Source: Azolla caroliniana
Taxonomy: Eukaryota; Plantae; Polypodiophyta
Direction of reading: 5' to 3'
NCBI GenBank assembly: GCA_043228905.1
Contig: JBHGNT010000021.1
Location: 2,232,001 to 2,296,000, forward strand
Length of the DNA: 64,000 nt
Both the position numbers and the translations under genes were made by a program. How positions within the stretch are numbered: position 1 is the stretch's first letter; each line of letters begins with the position of its first letter. Below the pieces are notes generated by a model, which was given only the letters and a program-made list of their open reading frames with translations, was not told the DNA's origin and did no database searches. This document shows positions 1-13,000 of the stretch, in pieces.

Positions 1-795
1 ATTCATTATGATTTTGTTATATGCAGATGATGTAGCACCTTTAGCAAATCAGAAGGTGTGCAAAAGCTTATAGTATCTTGAGATCATGGCATGCAGAGGG
101 TTGTGAATTACGTGCTTAAGATTCACTCAGATGGACTTCCTAGAATTAAATGAGAAGTACAAAAGCTCAAAAGTTACTCGCTCAAAATATTGAGTTCTGG
201 ATGGATGTGCAATATGCAAAAATTGCTCTGAAGATGGAGTGCAGTACACTTGTTTCATGATGCCTCAAATGATCCTTCACGAAAGAGTTTTTTCTGCAAC
301 ATCCATGTATCACTACTTGGGAAAGATGTGGAGGCTCATGCATCACACATGATATTTTACATATGTTGCACCAAACAACAAAATCAACTTCTTTTCTGAG
401 TAGACAAATGACACTCATTCATACACGCAAGAAACATTCTCGTGGTACCATCCACATCGCAATTCACATTATCTTCGATGTGAAATAGGTTGTTGGAACA
501 TCAACAAGGAGATTTGTGATGATGCATGTTTTGCCCCTGGACAAATTCATGAGGTTGAGTATAATTGTAATGCTCCATGTTCGTTCACATTTGAGTTAGC
601 TTTTCGTAATTTCAACCCTGATTTATTCCTACACACATTTCTCTGTCACTTGTGCACTCTCAATTTCAGCATCCATTAATTAAATTCTCGAACATTGAGA
701 ATCACTTACCAATGTAACGTACTACATGAAATGTTTTACTTTGGTCCCATATGTCATATTTGACAACCAAGGACAGTAAGAAAGTCTATCTGTAT
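1..795 (+). mobile_element. Degenerate RTE-clade LINE 3' portion (family A) in SAPS intron
   Basis: Start reads IMILLYADDVA (RT YADD motif, cf. AIMLLLYANDVV at 46419-46934). Region ~460-500 reads NSH-LRCEIG-W like the RTE ORF C-terminus. Ends with hairpin TGTCA-TATT-TGACA (752-765) and a TCTA-like tail homologous to 21780-21890 and 46310-46420. Confidence 0.6.
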
Positions 796-1002
796 ATCAA
801 TCAATATATTTAGAACATTGATTCACCGAACTTCTGTTCACACAATTTATTTGTGAGTGCAATTTCTTATTCTATTCTAGTCTCATACATATATTTTCAT
901 TTTTATTGATTTTGTAATTCGATGGCTAACCTTACTATATATGTGTATGTGTGTGTCCCAAACTATAACTATGCATTTTAATTTTGGGTTTTGTACTATT
1001 AG

Positions 1003-4000
1003 GTGGAGTCGTTGCTTGATAAAGATAGTTTCACACTCGAAGAGCTTTTGGATGAAGATGACCTTATTCAAGAGTGCAAATCGTTGAATACACGTTTGAT
1101 AAATTTGTAATCCTTTATGCCCTTTCAACATGTGAATTTTTTTGTTTTGTGATTTTGCTCATATTTTCCATTTATCTTACATATCTTGGTGGAACTTGGA
1201 AATTGCAGCCTTAGAGGGAAGGTACAGATCCAACAGCTTTTGAAATATATTGTTGAGGAACCACCAGAGGGATCTGACAATAAGAGAGTTTTCAAGTAAG
1301 AGACGTCCAGAGTTGTCTTTTGCTTTATTTATCCCTAACTTCACTTATTTCATGTTTTTGAAATGAGAAATCACAATGGCCTTCGCAGGTTCCCTTTCAT
1401 TTCCTGTGAAATTTTCACCTGCGAAATTGAGATAATATTGAAAACCATAGTTGAGGATGAAGAGGTAAGTATTTATGATGTTAACAATATGGTAATCTGC
1501 AAAATGTTTGCCGTTCAAGTATAATACATGGATTAGTACTTTTTGGATGCAACTGTTTATGGCCATTGAGATGTTAACTATGCTTATTGTCAAGAACTTG
1601 TATGGCCTGAACGAGGCGCTCTTGTGTTGTTATCTCCATATGAGAAGAAATAAAAAGAAGTTGACTTGTCTTTCCACCTGAAACTACAGTTCATTTGCTA
1701 ATCAATTTATTGACCACTTTCCAATCTTGTTGTCTTAGATAAGTCTGCCTAACTCTAGGTATTTCTCCTACATTTGCTCCATTTGTTTATTTGTCTTGAG
1801 CCTTTTCATTCAATCTTCTGCTTCAATGGCTTCTGGAACTATCTTAAACTGTCTTGCCAAAGTATAGAGAGTCCAACTCTGCTTGGAGATTCTCCATGCC
1901 TGATTTTTTTTTTCTTGGTGCATGAAAGTCCATTTTCATTTTGTTCCAAGCTTTGTCCTTGCTCATTTTGCAGCCTTGGAGTTATGTTGCTCTTTTTTCA
2001 AGTGTCTTTGTGCTATGCTCTAGTGATTTACATATATGAACTCAAGTCAAGAAAAATGAAATGTCAGCAAGAAAAGGATTCAATTGGTAATTTTCATTAT
2101 TTGGCTTATAAAGATTGTTTCTTTGTTGAGTGATGATCTTTAACACCACTAAAGCATGGGCAACGATATCAAAACCATAATTCTTCTTGACAAAAGAAAA
2201 GGTGGCATACACATAGTCTTACACATATCTAGGTAACATACGCAAGGCCTCATTTCTTTTTACAAAACTCTTATGGATATGTAGCCCTTGGTGCTCTTGA
2301 AAGAGAATATTCACATATACAGCTCCAAGATTCATAGACTAAATTGGGCCTTTTTTATACTCATTGCCCCAGTCTTCTCTTGGGAGTACAAACATGGGGA
2401 CCGAGTCTTCACAAGGTAAAAAACTAAAGAGATTTGAAGAGACCTTAGTCTCAATGATTTCTTAATGATACGGAAGAGCACAACATCAATGCCCCATGAT
2501 TTAATTCGGGCACTGATGGGAGCGGCCCCATTAATGACCGGAATGCTATTCCATTTAGTGATTAATATCCAACCATTTCGTAGCTCCCTAAACAAAGGTA
2601 CTCAAGGTTGGCATTTATGACATCAAAAAAAAATCAACTTGCTGAACACGGAGATGATCATTGTTGGTATGTTGAAACACAAGAATGGTTAAGAGTCATA
2701 TAGATAACCATAAATGCACTACCCCTGTTCCAATATAGCTTGAATTTTCCCCATCTGAACATCACCAAAGTGGGAAACTATAGTGTGATCAGAAATGATA
2801 GTATCAAATTGGATAATGGAACATGGATCAGCCCCACAACATCTCTTGGTAGGAAGATGGCTCACAATTATACATTGGAGGGTGGATTCTCCATCAGACC
2901 CCCTTATATGGATATACATCTATTGCATGCATTGCATATTGCGATAGCGCAGGTGTGGATGTCTTCATTTTACTTATAACTTGAGGTAGGCCAATATGCA
3001 TACACTTCTGGAAGAAAGAATCTGTTAATTGTGTTATCCAGGAATGGAATATGAAGAACACCTATGTTTGCTACTATATTGCTACTATGAAAAAAGAGGG
3101 AGATACCATTGGCTCTCTAATCAAGGCTTTGCCCAATACACAAGGTAAAGGAATATGAGTACCAATGGTGCTTGGGATTGTTCTTGCTAGAACTCAAGAT
3201 ACATAGGGGGAAGTTGTTGAAGGACAACAATACAACCACACAAGCTCATTGACAAAGAACGATCATAACTTTCTCTAGCGCTATAACTACTACTAACCCC
3301 ACAAGTCAATTAAGGGGTTGTGAAATAATAGGCCATACCAATTAGTTGTGCATGTGGGACCCGACCTTGTGAACTACAATGTCACTATCCTTGTCATCAA
3401 CAAATAAAGGCTATTATCTCCATTGTCACTATCCTTGTCATCACAGGTGTTTTTAATGCTTGGGAGTTCTCTTCATTTTGGGCTGTTTATTTCTATTTAT
3501 GTTTTCACATAGTTAAATTTGTTTTGGTTTGTTCACAAGGATGAGACAAGTTTTTAAGGTGTAATCTCATGTTTGGTCTTATAGGCCATTTTGACCTATA
3601 AGACATTAGTGTAATGCAATTTGTTAGTAACTACGTTTTTGTGTTCGTAGTTGATTGGTTTGCTGTTCTCCTTCTTGGATCCAGAACGTTCTCATGGACC
3701 GTTGCTTGCTGGATACTTCAGTAAGGTAGCATTCTCTCTCTTGACAATAGTGCTCTAGTCTGATGGATGATAACTGATTATTTAAGATTCCGCACAGGTG
3801 GCTATATGCCTTCTGATGAGGAAAACCGCATCTGTAATGCGCTACTTGCAGGTATTCTTGGGAGTATTGGTTTGTAATTTTGCTTGTGAGATTGATTTGT
3901 ATATGCCAACACACAGGCACTTATTTTTAGAATACATTACATCTTTTGTGTGCATGATCAGTCTCACACAACATTCTCCCCTCTTTGTTTCAGTATATAT

Positions 4001-7000
4001 ACCTTTCAAAGTACCTTAGAGCTTCCAATGTATTTTCAATTTCACAATATAGTAACGTGTTTTGTATCTGTTCTCCAAACTCCATTTAACATACCTGTCC
4101 TTCCCAGAAGCTAGAATCATAGACTCAAGTGCTTGCTTGGTTACAGGATCTTATGAGCTTGAAGTGATAATAATGATCCTGAAAGTGCCTTAAAACTGCA
4201 TAATGTGCAAGTTTTGTCATCACATATGGCATTGTGAGAATAAGGTCAAACATGAACAAGGATAATGCCACATGCATATTGCACCATCGAATTTCTGTGT
4301 AAGCAATGCACAAAGTAATGTAGTTTTGACATGATTTAGTAATTTGAAAGATGATAATTAATAGAATCTTACAGATCTATGTAGATGCCAAGTACTATGT
4401 GTAGATGGATTTATGATGCCCAAGACCACAACTAGTGAAAGCTGACAAAATCCAGATGAACCACAAGTAACACATTTGATAAACAATTATTCTAGATACT
4501 TTAGAGTACTTTATCCTGCAATGCAAGAGTATATGTAGCTCCAAAGCACATCTATCTTGTTTGAGTTTTTGCTGGCTGATATATGAACTAAACAAATAAA
4601 CTATAATAAATGAAACCAATGAATAAATAAATATCATTGTACAAGTGTCTTTTATTATGAATTCCATATGCATGCACTTGTAACAATATTGGATGATTGC
4701 TGCCTTGCATTATTGGCTCTGATTCCTTGTCCTGTCACTAGTAAATGCATCTTGTTTACAAAGTCTGCATTTTGATAGTTTGTGGATTCATTTCTCATCT
4801 CTTCTTAGCTAGGCTAAAATATAGAAGATAAGGGTATGAATTCAGGTAAGGCTGCATGCTTCTACATGGATACTCACTTTTAACAGTGGATTAGTTTGCT
4901 ATGTGTGACCTTTTTTGGTTTCTGTTGACAGACACATCAAGAGATTCTTTGGAAGCTTGTCGATCTAATTTCTATTACATCCATAATGGAGGTAAACTTT
5001 CTGCTGATGCATGTTAATTCCAAAACTTTTATTGAGAGAAATGGCACAACATTCAGAAAGTGCCAGAGAAGCCAAAATGTTTTATACATGTTGCACACTT
5101 ACATGGGAGCACAGCATAACTTTTAATTATGCAAAAAAATCGAACAATGTATCAGGTTTTGATACGTATCATCGGAACAGATGATGCCATGCACGCTTTT
5201 CATGAAGATAGCTTCAACTGGCTAGCAGATACAAACTTGCTCGATATGCTTCTTGATAAACTCAGCCCCCCTGTAAGATTGTTCTACTTCAAAAATTCAT
5301 ACATTGTTGAGCAACATAATTGATCTTTTGAATTTCCGTTTTTCCCTCTAGAACTCATCGGAAGCACATGCAAATGCAGCTGACACTCTCTCAGCTGTCT
5401 CTCGACTGTCACTGTCAGAGTTGAAATCGAAGCTCTCAAGCCCGAGGTTGGTTTATATTGTGGATATCAATCCTTGTTTAGATTCCTTAAACTGAAAGTT
5501 TGTTGGTAACCATGGCGTCATTGCCTTGTCTGAATATGGCTATCAGGAATCAGACATACTCTCTCTTGCTTTCTTTTTGTGCAGCTTCATTGCCAGACTA
5601 TTAAATCGAGCTTTAGAAGATCAAGATTCCAAATCCACACTTGTGCATTCTTTGACTGTCTGCATTGCCTTGCTCGACCCAAAGAGGCACATGATGGTTG
5701 GAATGGGTAGAGGGCAACAAATTTCAGACTCACTCCAAACAGCTGCAAGTGCGGAGACCATAGATGGAATGCTGCAGAGGTTAGGTTAGTATTATTCACC
5801 ATATGGTGAGCATATTGTGGATGGAGTTTAATTTGAGGTTTGTTTATTGCTCGAGATTTAGAAAATGGTGTAGAGAGAAAAACTCGACTAGTTGAACTTT
5901 ACATGGCACATCTCTCCTTCCACGTGTTACCAATTGTTTCTCAGATGCCATGTAGAAATACCAGACTGTCTCAGTGAAAACTCTTATGTGGAGTGTTCTT
6001 GAGCATTTGATTAAAGAACAAAATATCAATAGCCATCAAGTTCAACATTTCCAACGATCTGATGACATTGGCCATTGGTCATCCACCACCTTCCTTCAAA
6101 TAACTCTGAAAATAAAATCGTGGCATATTTTAAACTCCTCATATTCAATATTTTCTGTGCAAAGAAGAACTGTTGCGGAATCATTTTAGTGACCAAGTAT
6201 ATTTAAACACAGTTTGGCCTCCAGCAGAATGTTGTAGCAATAAGGTTTCTTTTGTAGTTACTAGTACCTACACAGTCTCCTTATTAAGTGTATGCTATAG
6301 CTGGACCATAGTTCTATCATACATTATTCGTGTGATTTTATAGAATGTGGAAGTTGAACTGACTTATTATTTGACTGACAGCTGGTGGTCTGATTTACTT
6401 AAATGTTAATTGGGTCACTATATGTACTAGGAGATTTGCTGAAGGTCCTTGATGTGGAAGGAGATGGAAAGCTATTGCATACTACCTATGGTGAATTATG
6501 TCCTCCTCTTGGCATTCATCGACTAAAGGTTTTAGCTTTTCACTATGTTTTGTTAATATAATGTTATAGTGGCTAATTTTAATAAATTGAGAATAGCATC
6601 TATTTACTCTAGCATAATTATATGAATAAGATTCTACTAGTATGATACAAAAAGAGGCTGCAGTTAAAATGATATGTAAAGAATCTAACTCTCGTAGAGT
6701 TATGCGGAAGCGTAATACATGTGTGAGAGTGGGGGTGTGATCAAGAGAAGGAATCAGAGAAAATAACCAGAAATAATAAAATACACAGAGTTCAGTTTAT
6801 GCACTGAAGAGAAAGCTACATTAATAAACTAAAGATCATTAACTAAACACAATGGGCCAAGGGGGTTTTCTATACAAGTCCTCAAGGGACTGCCACATTA
6901 CATGTGGTTGGTGATTTTGTCATAAGAATATCTGATATTCTTTGACCACATTTACAGTTGAAAATCTGTGCTTCGCATGCATAAATAAAAAATAGATAAA

Positions 7001-10000
7001 TCTTAATGTTTTTTGTTGTAATAAAGTGACCATGTGTGCGATTTGACATGTACCTTTATAAATCATCTAGCTTTATACTCATCAATAGATAGCAGAAGTG
7101 AAATGTGTTTCATAGTGTTGATGGATAGGCACTTGATGCTAGAGAAAATGTTAACAAAGTAATAAAAGCCTCCTAAGGATGGAGTGAAGGTTCCACACTA
7201 ATTACCCAACCTATTCATGCATTTCAGAAAGTTTGATTCAGACCTGAAACATGTTTCGCTGTGACAATGCATATGCATCTGAGTCTAGAGTAATCATTAA
7301 TTCCATTTTTACACAGTTATGCCATTGATGCCAACCTCACACATTATCATGTGTCGGAAATGTGAGAAAAGCTGTTAATAGCAGCAGCGGAAGAGTTAGA
7401 ACAAAATAGACACAGCCAAGCTGTGAGAAGGCTGTTAGACAGCAGTAGAAAAAATGGTTGCAAAGAGTAGAGACACAGCCAAAGAGTTGTGTTTGTTTCT
7501 GAGTAGCAGCAGAAAATAATCTTATTACAAAAGAGGCTGGTATAAGCCTATTTATACAAAATTGGGAATGGTTGTTTGGTATAAGCCTATTTATTCAAAC
7601 ATTGAGTCGACCGAGGAGCTGATTAATGGCATTCCTTGGAAGCAGGAAAAAAAACATAGAGATCGTTGTCAGCATAACAGTTCTGAAACCCAAGAGAGAG
7701 AAAAAAGGTATCAATTTGGCATGCCCAACTTTGGGAACTTGCTTTAAGCCATACAAGGCTTTGTGGAACCTGTAGACCATTTTTTTCTGCTCTGAAATCT
7801 CAAAACCTAGAGGCTGTTCAACATAAACCTCATCTTTCAAGTCACAATTACGGCAGGCTGTCTTGACATTCATTTGAAAGATGGGCCAATTGTTGTGAGC
7901 AGCAAGTGCAAGCGCACATCGAATAGAGGTGTACCTTGCTGTTGGAGAAAAAGTTTCCTCGTAATCCACTCCTTTGACTTGTGAGTAGCCTTTTGCAACT
8001 AAACGTGCCTTGTGCTTATCCAAAGTACCATAAGCATGGTACTTAGTCTTGAAAATCCATTTCAGTCCAATGACTTGTTGATGTTGAGGCTGTGGAACCA
8101 GCTCCCATGTGTGATTCCACTCAATGGAATCAAGTTCAACATCCATTGTTGCTTTCCGCTTTGGAAGAACAAGGGCCTCTTTTGCTGTTGTGGGTTCTTG
8201 TGATTGCCCAACAGTGCACAGTAAGGCAAAGTTGCATGAGTGAGGAGGCCGTTGTGACTTACGTTTTCGAGAACCACATGTATACTCATGAAGTTCAGCA
8301 TCGGAGAGATGAGAATCACGAATGGTGGCTTGAAGCCACTTGGGAAGTGGTGGAAGCTGGTTTGTAGTGGGAGGGGAAACAAGTGGAGTTGAGGGAGAGG
8401 TTTGAATTGTTGGCGAAGTTAGAGATTGAGTAGGAGAAGATGGGGGGCTTGAAGGTGAGACATCTTCGTCTAAAATAAGAGATTCGGGAGGAGTTGGGAT
8501 TTCAACCGTGAACTCAGGTGAAATCCTAGAATCATCTGGCTGAGACTCCACAAAATGAACATCCCTAGAGATGACTAGGGACTTTGACTCTAAATCCCAT
8601 AACTTGTACGCTTTAGATTGAGTGCTATAACCAAGAAATTTGCATTTCTTGGTTTTGGACTCAAATTTTGTACTTTTATGATCTGAAATGTGAACATAAG
8701 CATCACAACCAAAGACTTTAAAATGAGATACTGAGGGCTTTACACCTGTAAATGCTTCTGCAGGCGTCATTCCAGCAACAACTTTTGTTGGGCGGCAGTT
8801 GATGATGTAGACCGCTGTGGTGACAACTTCACCCCAAAACGAGAGAGGAAGATCAGATTGAGATAGCATCGTACGAGCCATCTCTTGGACTGTCTGGTTC
8901 TTCCTTTCCACGACTCCATTTTGTTAGAAAATTGGTGAGCAATGCCTCGTTGAGAGCAGAAATGGTGAAAGCTTGGGAGATAAACTCTCCACCATTGTCC
9001 GACCTGATCTTTCGAACTTCCTTCGATGTCTCGTTCTCCACGAGAGCTACCCATTCTTGAAATTTTGTGAAGGCTTGCGATTTTTCTACAAGAAAATAAA
9101 CCCAAACCTTGCGGGAGAAATCATCAATGATGAGCATGAAGTAGCGTGCACCACCAAGAGTAGTGGTTTTCATGGGACCACAAAGATCCATGTGCACTAA
9201 CTCCAAGATAGATGTTGCACGGTGAGTGGTTTCATGAGGAATGTTGCTTGCCATGAAGACAAGCAACACATGGGGTATTGGGAGTTTTGAAAATAGGAAG
9301 ACCCTCAACTAGTTGGGAAGAGGAGAGCTTTTGAAGAGAATCATAGTTGAGATGACCAAACCTAGCATGCCGCAACGTGGGATCTTCTTGTGCCACCAAC
9401 GCATGAGAGCCTTGAAAAAGATGAAGAAGATGAGATTTGAACTTTTCCAAGGGGCTATGGGAACTTTTCAGGCGGTATAAACCTCCTTCTTGTGTGCCAC
9501 TAGCTACAATTTGTAGGTTGTTGGTGTCAATGACTTCCAAAACCGAGCTATCAAAGTAGACACCATAACCTTGCTTAGTGATTTGGTAGACTGAAAGTAG
9601 GTTGGCAGAGATGCGACGCACATGTAGCACATCTTGAAGAATGACAGGTTCTTATTTGAAGAATAGTTAAGAAACACATTACCCACACATGAAGCCTCAA
9701 TGCATGAGGCATCTCCAATGGAGATTTGGGAGGAGCTAGGTTTCACATCATGCAAAATGGATTTGTCATAGGTCATGTGTGAAGTAGCACCACTATCTAC
9801 TGACCACTCATCAATGGTTGAGGTAGTTGGTCCAGCCAAATGTGAAGTTTGTTCCTCAATGCCAAGGAAAACTGTTTCTTTGATTGAGTGGGCTGAGTTG
9901 GATTTCGGTAGAAGAAGAGTTCTTAGCATTGTCCCTTTTCTTTTTCCGACAATCAGGATGAATGTGACCTTTGTAGCCACAATAATGACAAGTGAGCTCC

Positions 10001-13000
10001 TTGTAGGCTGGGTTGTTTGGTGGTCTTGGATTGGGTTTGTTGTAGGAGTTGCCATTTGGCTTCCACTTGCCTTTACTTGTTGCGTGTAGAAGCGTCTCAT
10101 TGGAAGTTTGAGCACTTTTCTTCCTTGTTGCCGTATCTTGTAGAATACCAAGGAATGTATTCATATCAGGTGTGTTGGGAAGAAGAGAAATTGTGTCACA
10201 AAATGCTGGGAATGACTCAGGCAACTTTATCATTAGACGATGCACAAACTAAACTTCAGTTAACTTGCTTCCCAAAGAAACTAGTTCCTTTTGGAGAGTA
10301 ACAAATTGCGTTATTTGATCCATGATGTTGGGAGTGTCATGAATCTTGAGATTAGCTAGTTGGTTCTCAATAGCTATCATTTGAGCATGATTAGCTCGAT
10401 GGTACCTCTTTTTTATGAATGTCCATAGTTCATTCGCTGTCTCTTCATCTGTATCTTGAAATTGACGAGCGAATGAGGAAAGCATGGGCACGAGAATCCT
10501 TATCTAGCCACGCTTCAATCTCAGCGTTAGATGAGCTAGCAACTGATTTGGTTGAAGAGGATGAAGTTACTGGTGGTTTCTTGTCACTTCCAGTGACTAC
10601 ATTCCATAAACGATGGTATTGTAACAAGGTCTTTATTTGTAGCTCCCAATCCAAGTAATTGTTCCCATTGACTCTTTGGGGAGTTGGGGAATGGTTGATG
10701 AAACAATCGTGGCATGTGAGGCCATGGATATCCTCCTCTTGAGCTACAACTGGACAATTTACATCAGTTGTAAGTATATGGTCAGGGTCTTTCTACTTCT
10801 CCCTAGATGCTAGGTGAGGCTCAGATGAGGGGAAAAGAAAGAAAAAAGAACCTCCTCTGTAGGTTGGGAGGGTGGCTGCTAAGAGAACCTCCTCTATAGG
10901 GTTGGGAGGGAGGGATAAAAGAAGACAGTTCTGTGTGCTCTTTGGCAAAAATAATCAGGCTGAGGATATGGAGACCTCACTGCTCTGATACCATGTGAGA
11001 AAAGCTGTTAATAGCAGCAGCGGAAGAGTTAGAACAAAATAGACACAGCCAAGCTGTGAGAAGGCTGTTAGACAGCAGTAGAAAAAATGGTTGCAAAGAG
11101 TAGAGACACAGCCAAAGAGTTGTGCTTGTTTCTAAGTAGCAGCAGAAAATAATCTTATTACAAAAGAGGCTGGTATAAGCTATTTATACAAAATTGGTAA
11201 TGGTTGTTTGGTAGTTAAGAGACTCTTGTACTACCAAACAGGTACAATAAACTAGGAATAAAAAGGGAATATCTTGGAAAAAGTGGAAGAGACAAAAGGC
11301 ATTTAAAGCATTGCAGATTCTAGAGAGAGAAGGCATTTAAAGCATTGCAGATTCTAGAGAGAGAAGAATCTGGGAAGAGAGAATGTAGTACAGAGATAAT
11401 AAAGATGAAAGAGAGTGCAGGTCTGGAGCTGTCACCCTCCAACAGGAAAAACCACTGATTTGCACTGCATTATGAATTTAGAACAATGACTTTGAAACTT
11501 TTCAAGAAGACAAGCTTTAGAAACTTCGTAATTAGCATCTTTGAGCTTATTTGATAATTTAAGTGGCTAAATCAAGCGAAGTAGACAAATGGGAATAGTT
11601 AATTGCCCTCAGCACAATTTGTTTCTAATATAAAGGATGAAGCTTGTTTAGGTCATCACATAATACTCCATGACTTATCTTTTAGCAGTTTCCTGTACAA
11701 ATTAAAAGATAATATTAAAATAAAATGATTCAATTTCACTTTTTACCATATAAAATAAAAGATAATATTAAAATAAGTTTCTCTTTTAAACTATACATAA
11801 TATCTCAATCAACTATAGATTACTTTCATCAGAGAATATAAATTTATTATCAGATGTTGCTTCGTGGAATGATCTCTGTGTAAGTTGAACTCTTATCCAT
11901 ACAGTATGTCTATATGTAGTGATATGTTTGGTTCGAGTCTTATTCAACATATCACTGACATAAGTATAACAAGGATTAGAAAATGCATGGAATTTTCCAC
12001 TAGAGGTTGTATCTTGTCTGTTGTTGGAACTAAGGTCTCCCGGGCAGTTTTGCATGTTTTATGTGGAGGGATGATAGTCATTACAGATCTTTCTGCCATT
12101 AGTCATTTTCATAACCATTATTTGAACAGTTACTTATTTTTATAATCTTTGGTTTCAAGTATAGGTTACCGTGGGGTGTAGACATTGGGACTATCTCCCT
12201 TTGTGTTGGTTCTTCTGTTGTACCAGAAAGTAACTTATAAAGTTTGCCGTGAATTAAGATGCTCATAGTCATGAAAGACCACTTTGGCAGTTGTCTTGAT
12301 GTTTTGTCACAGGATTGGTATACTGGAACAATCAAAGTTTCTAATTATTAATAATCAGAAAATCAAGGCCTATTATCAATGTTTCTAGAGATTAAAACTT
12401 CTAATGCATTAAAATCTCTATTTTTTATTTCTTATTAGCATAACACTTGACATGTTATATGTAATGTTACCGTTATTGTGATTGTGTCTACACACAGATA
12501 ATAGAATTTGTTGCTGTTCTTCTCCGAACAAATAGTGATGCAGCCAGACAAGGGTTGGTCCGGCTTGGTGCAATCCAACAAGCTCTTAAATTATTTTTTA
12601 AGTAAGAAGTTTCTCTTAAATTATTTTTATATAAAGCATCTTTATATGAAATTGGGTTTGCCTGAGGTTACTGTTTTTTTCTGCAGTTACCCATTCAACA
12701 ACTTCCTTCATCATCATGTGGAGAACATTATAGCCTCATGTATTGAGAGTGGCAGCAAGATACTAATTGATCATCTCTTGGTTGATTGTGATCTGGTTGC
12801 AAGACTTTTGGGAGTGTTTGAGAATCCGTTTGTACTTAGCATGGACAGTAAGGTTTGAAGCGATTCCTTGAAACTCTATCCTGTTCACGTGCTATAGGTG
12901 GTATGATCTAGCGCTTTAAGCTTGAGTCCCACATATCTGTCACTTGTTTGTCAAGCTCAAATATGGATGTATATTACTGCTAAATATCTATTTTACAATA

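Larger units (their letters stand above)
7361..11444 (-). mobile_element. Ty1/copia LTR retrotransposon (defective) inserted antisense in SAPS intron
   Basis: 5-bp TSD GGAAA (7356-7360, 11445-11449) and TG..CA termini. 5' LTR 10994-11444, partial 3' LTR 7361-7581. PBS TGGTATCAGAGC (tRNA-iMet) at 10982-10993. Domain order: gag (CHYCGYKGHIHPDC), protease (WSVDSGATSHMT), integrase (LVHMDLCGP, IRSDNGGEF), RT (HKARLVAKGYSQ, KALYGLKQ). Confidence 0.95.

Noticed and set aside
1107-1208. Possible U12 intron (donor GTAATCCTTT)
   Set aside because: It has an extra A relative to GTATCCTT, and there is no TCCTTAAC branch point near the acceptor.
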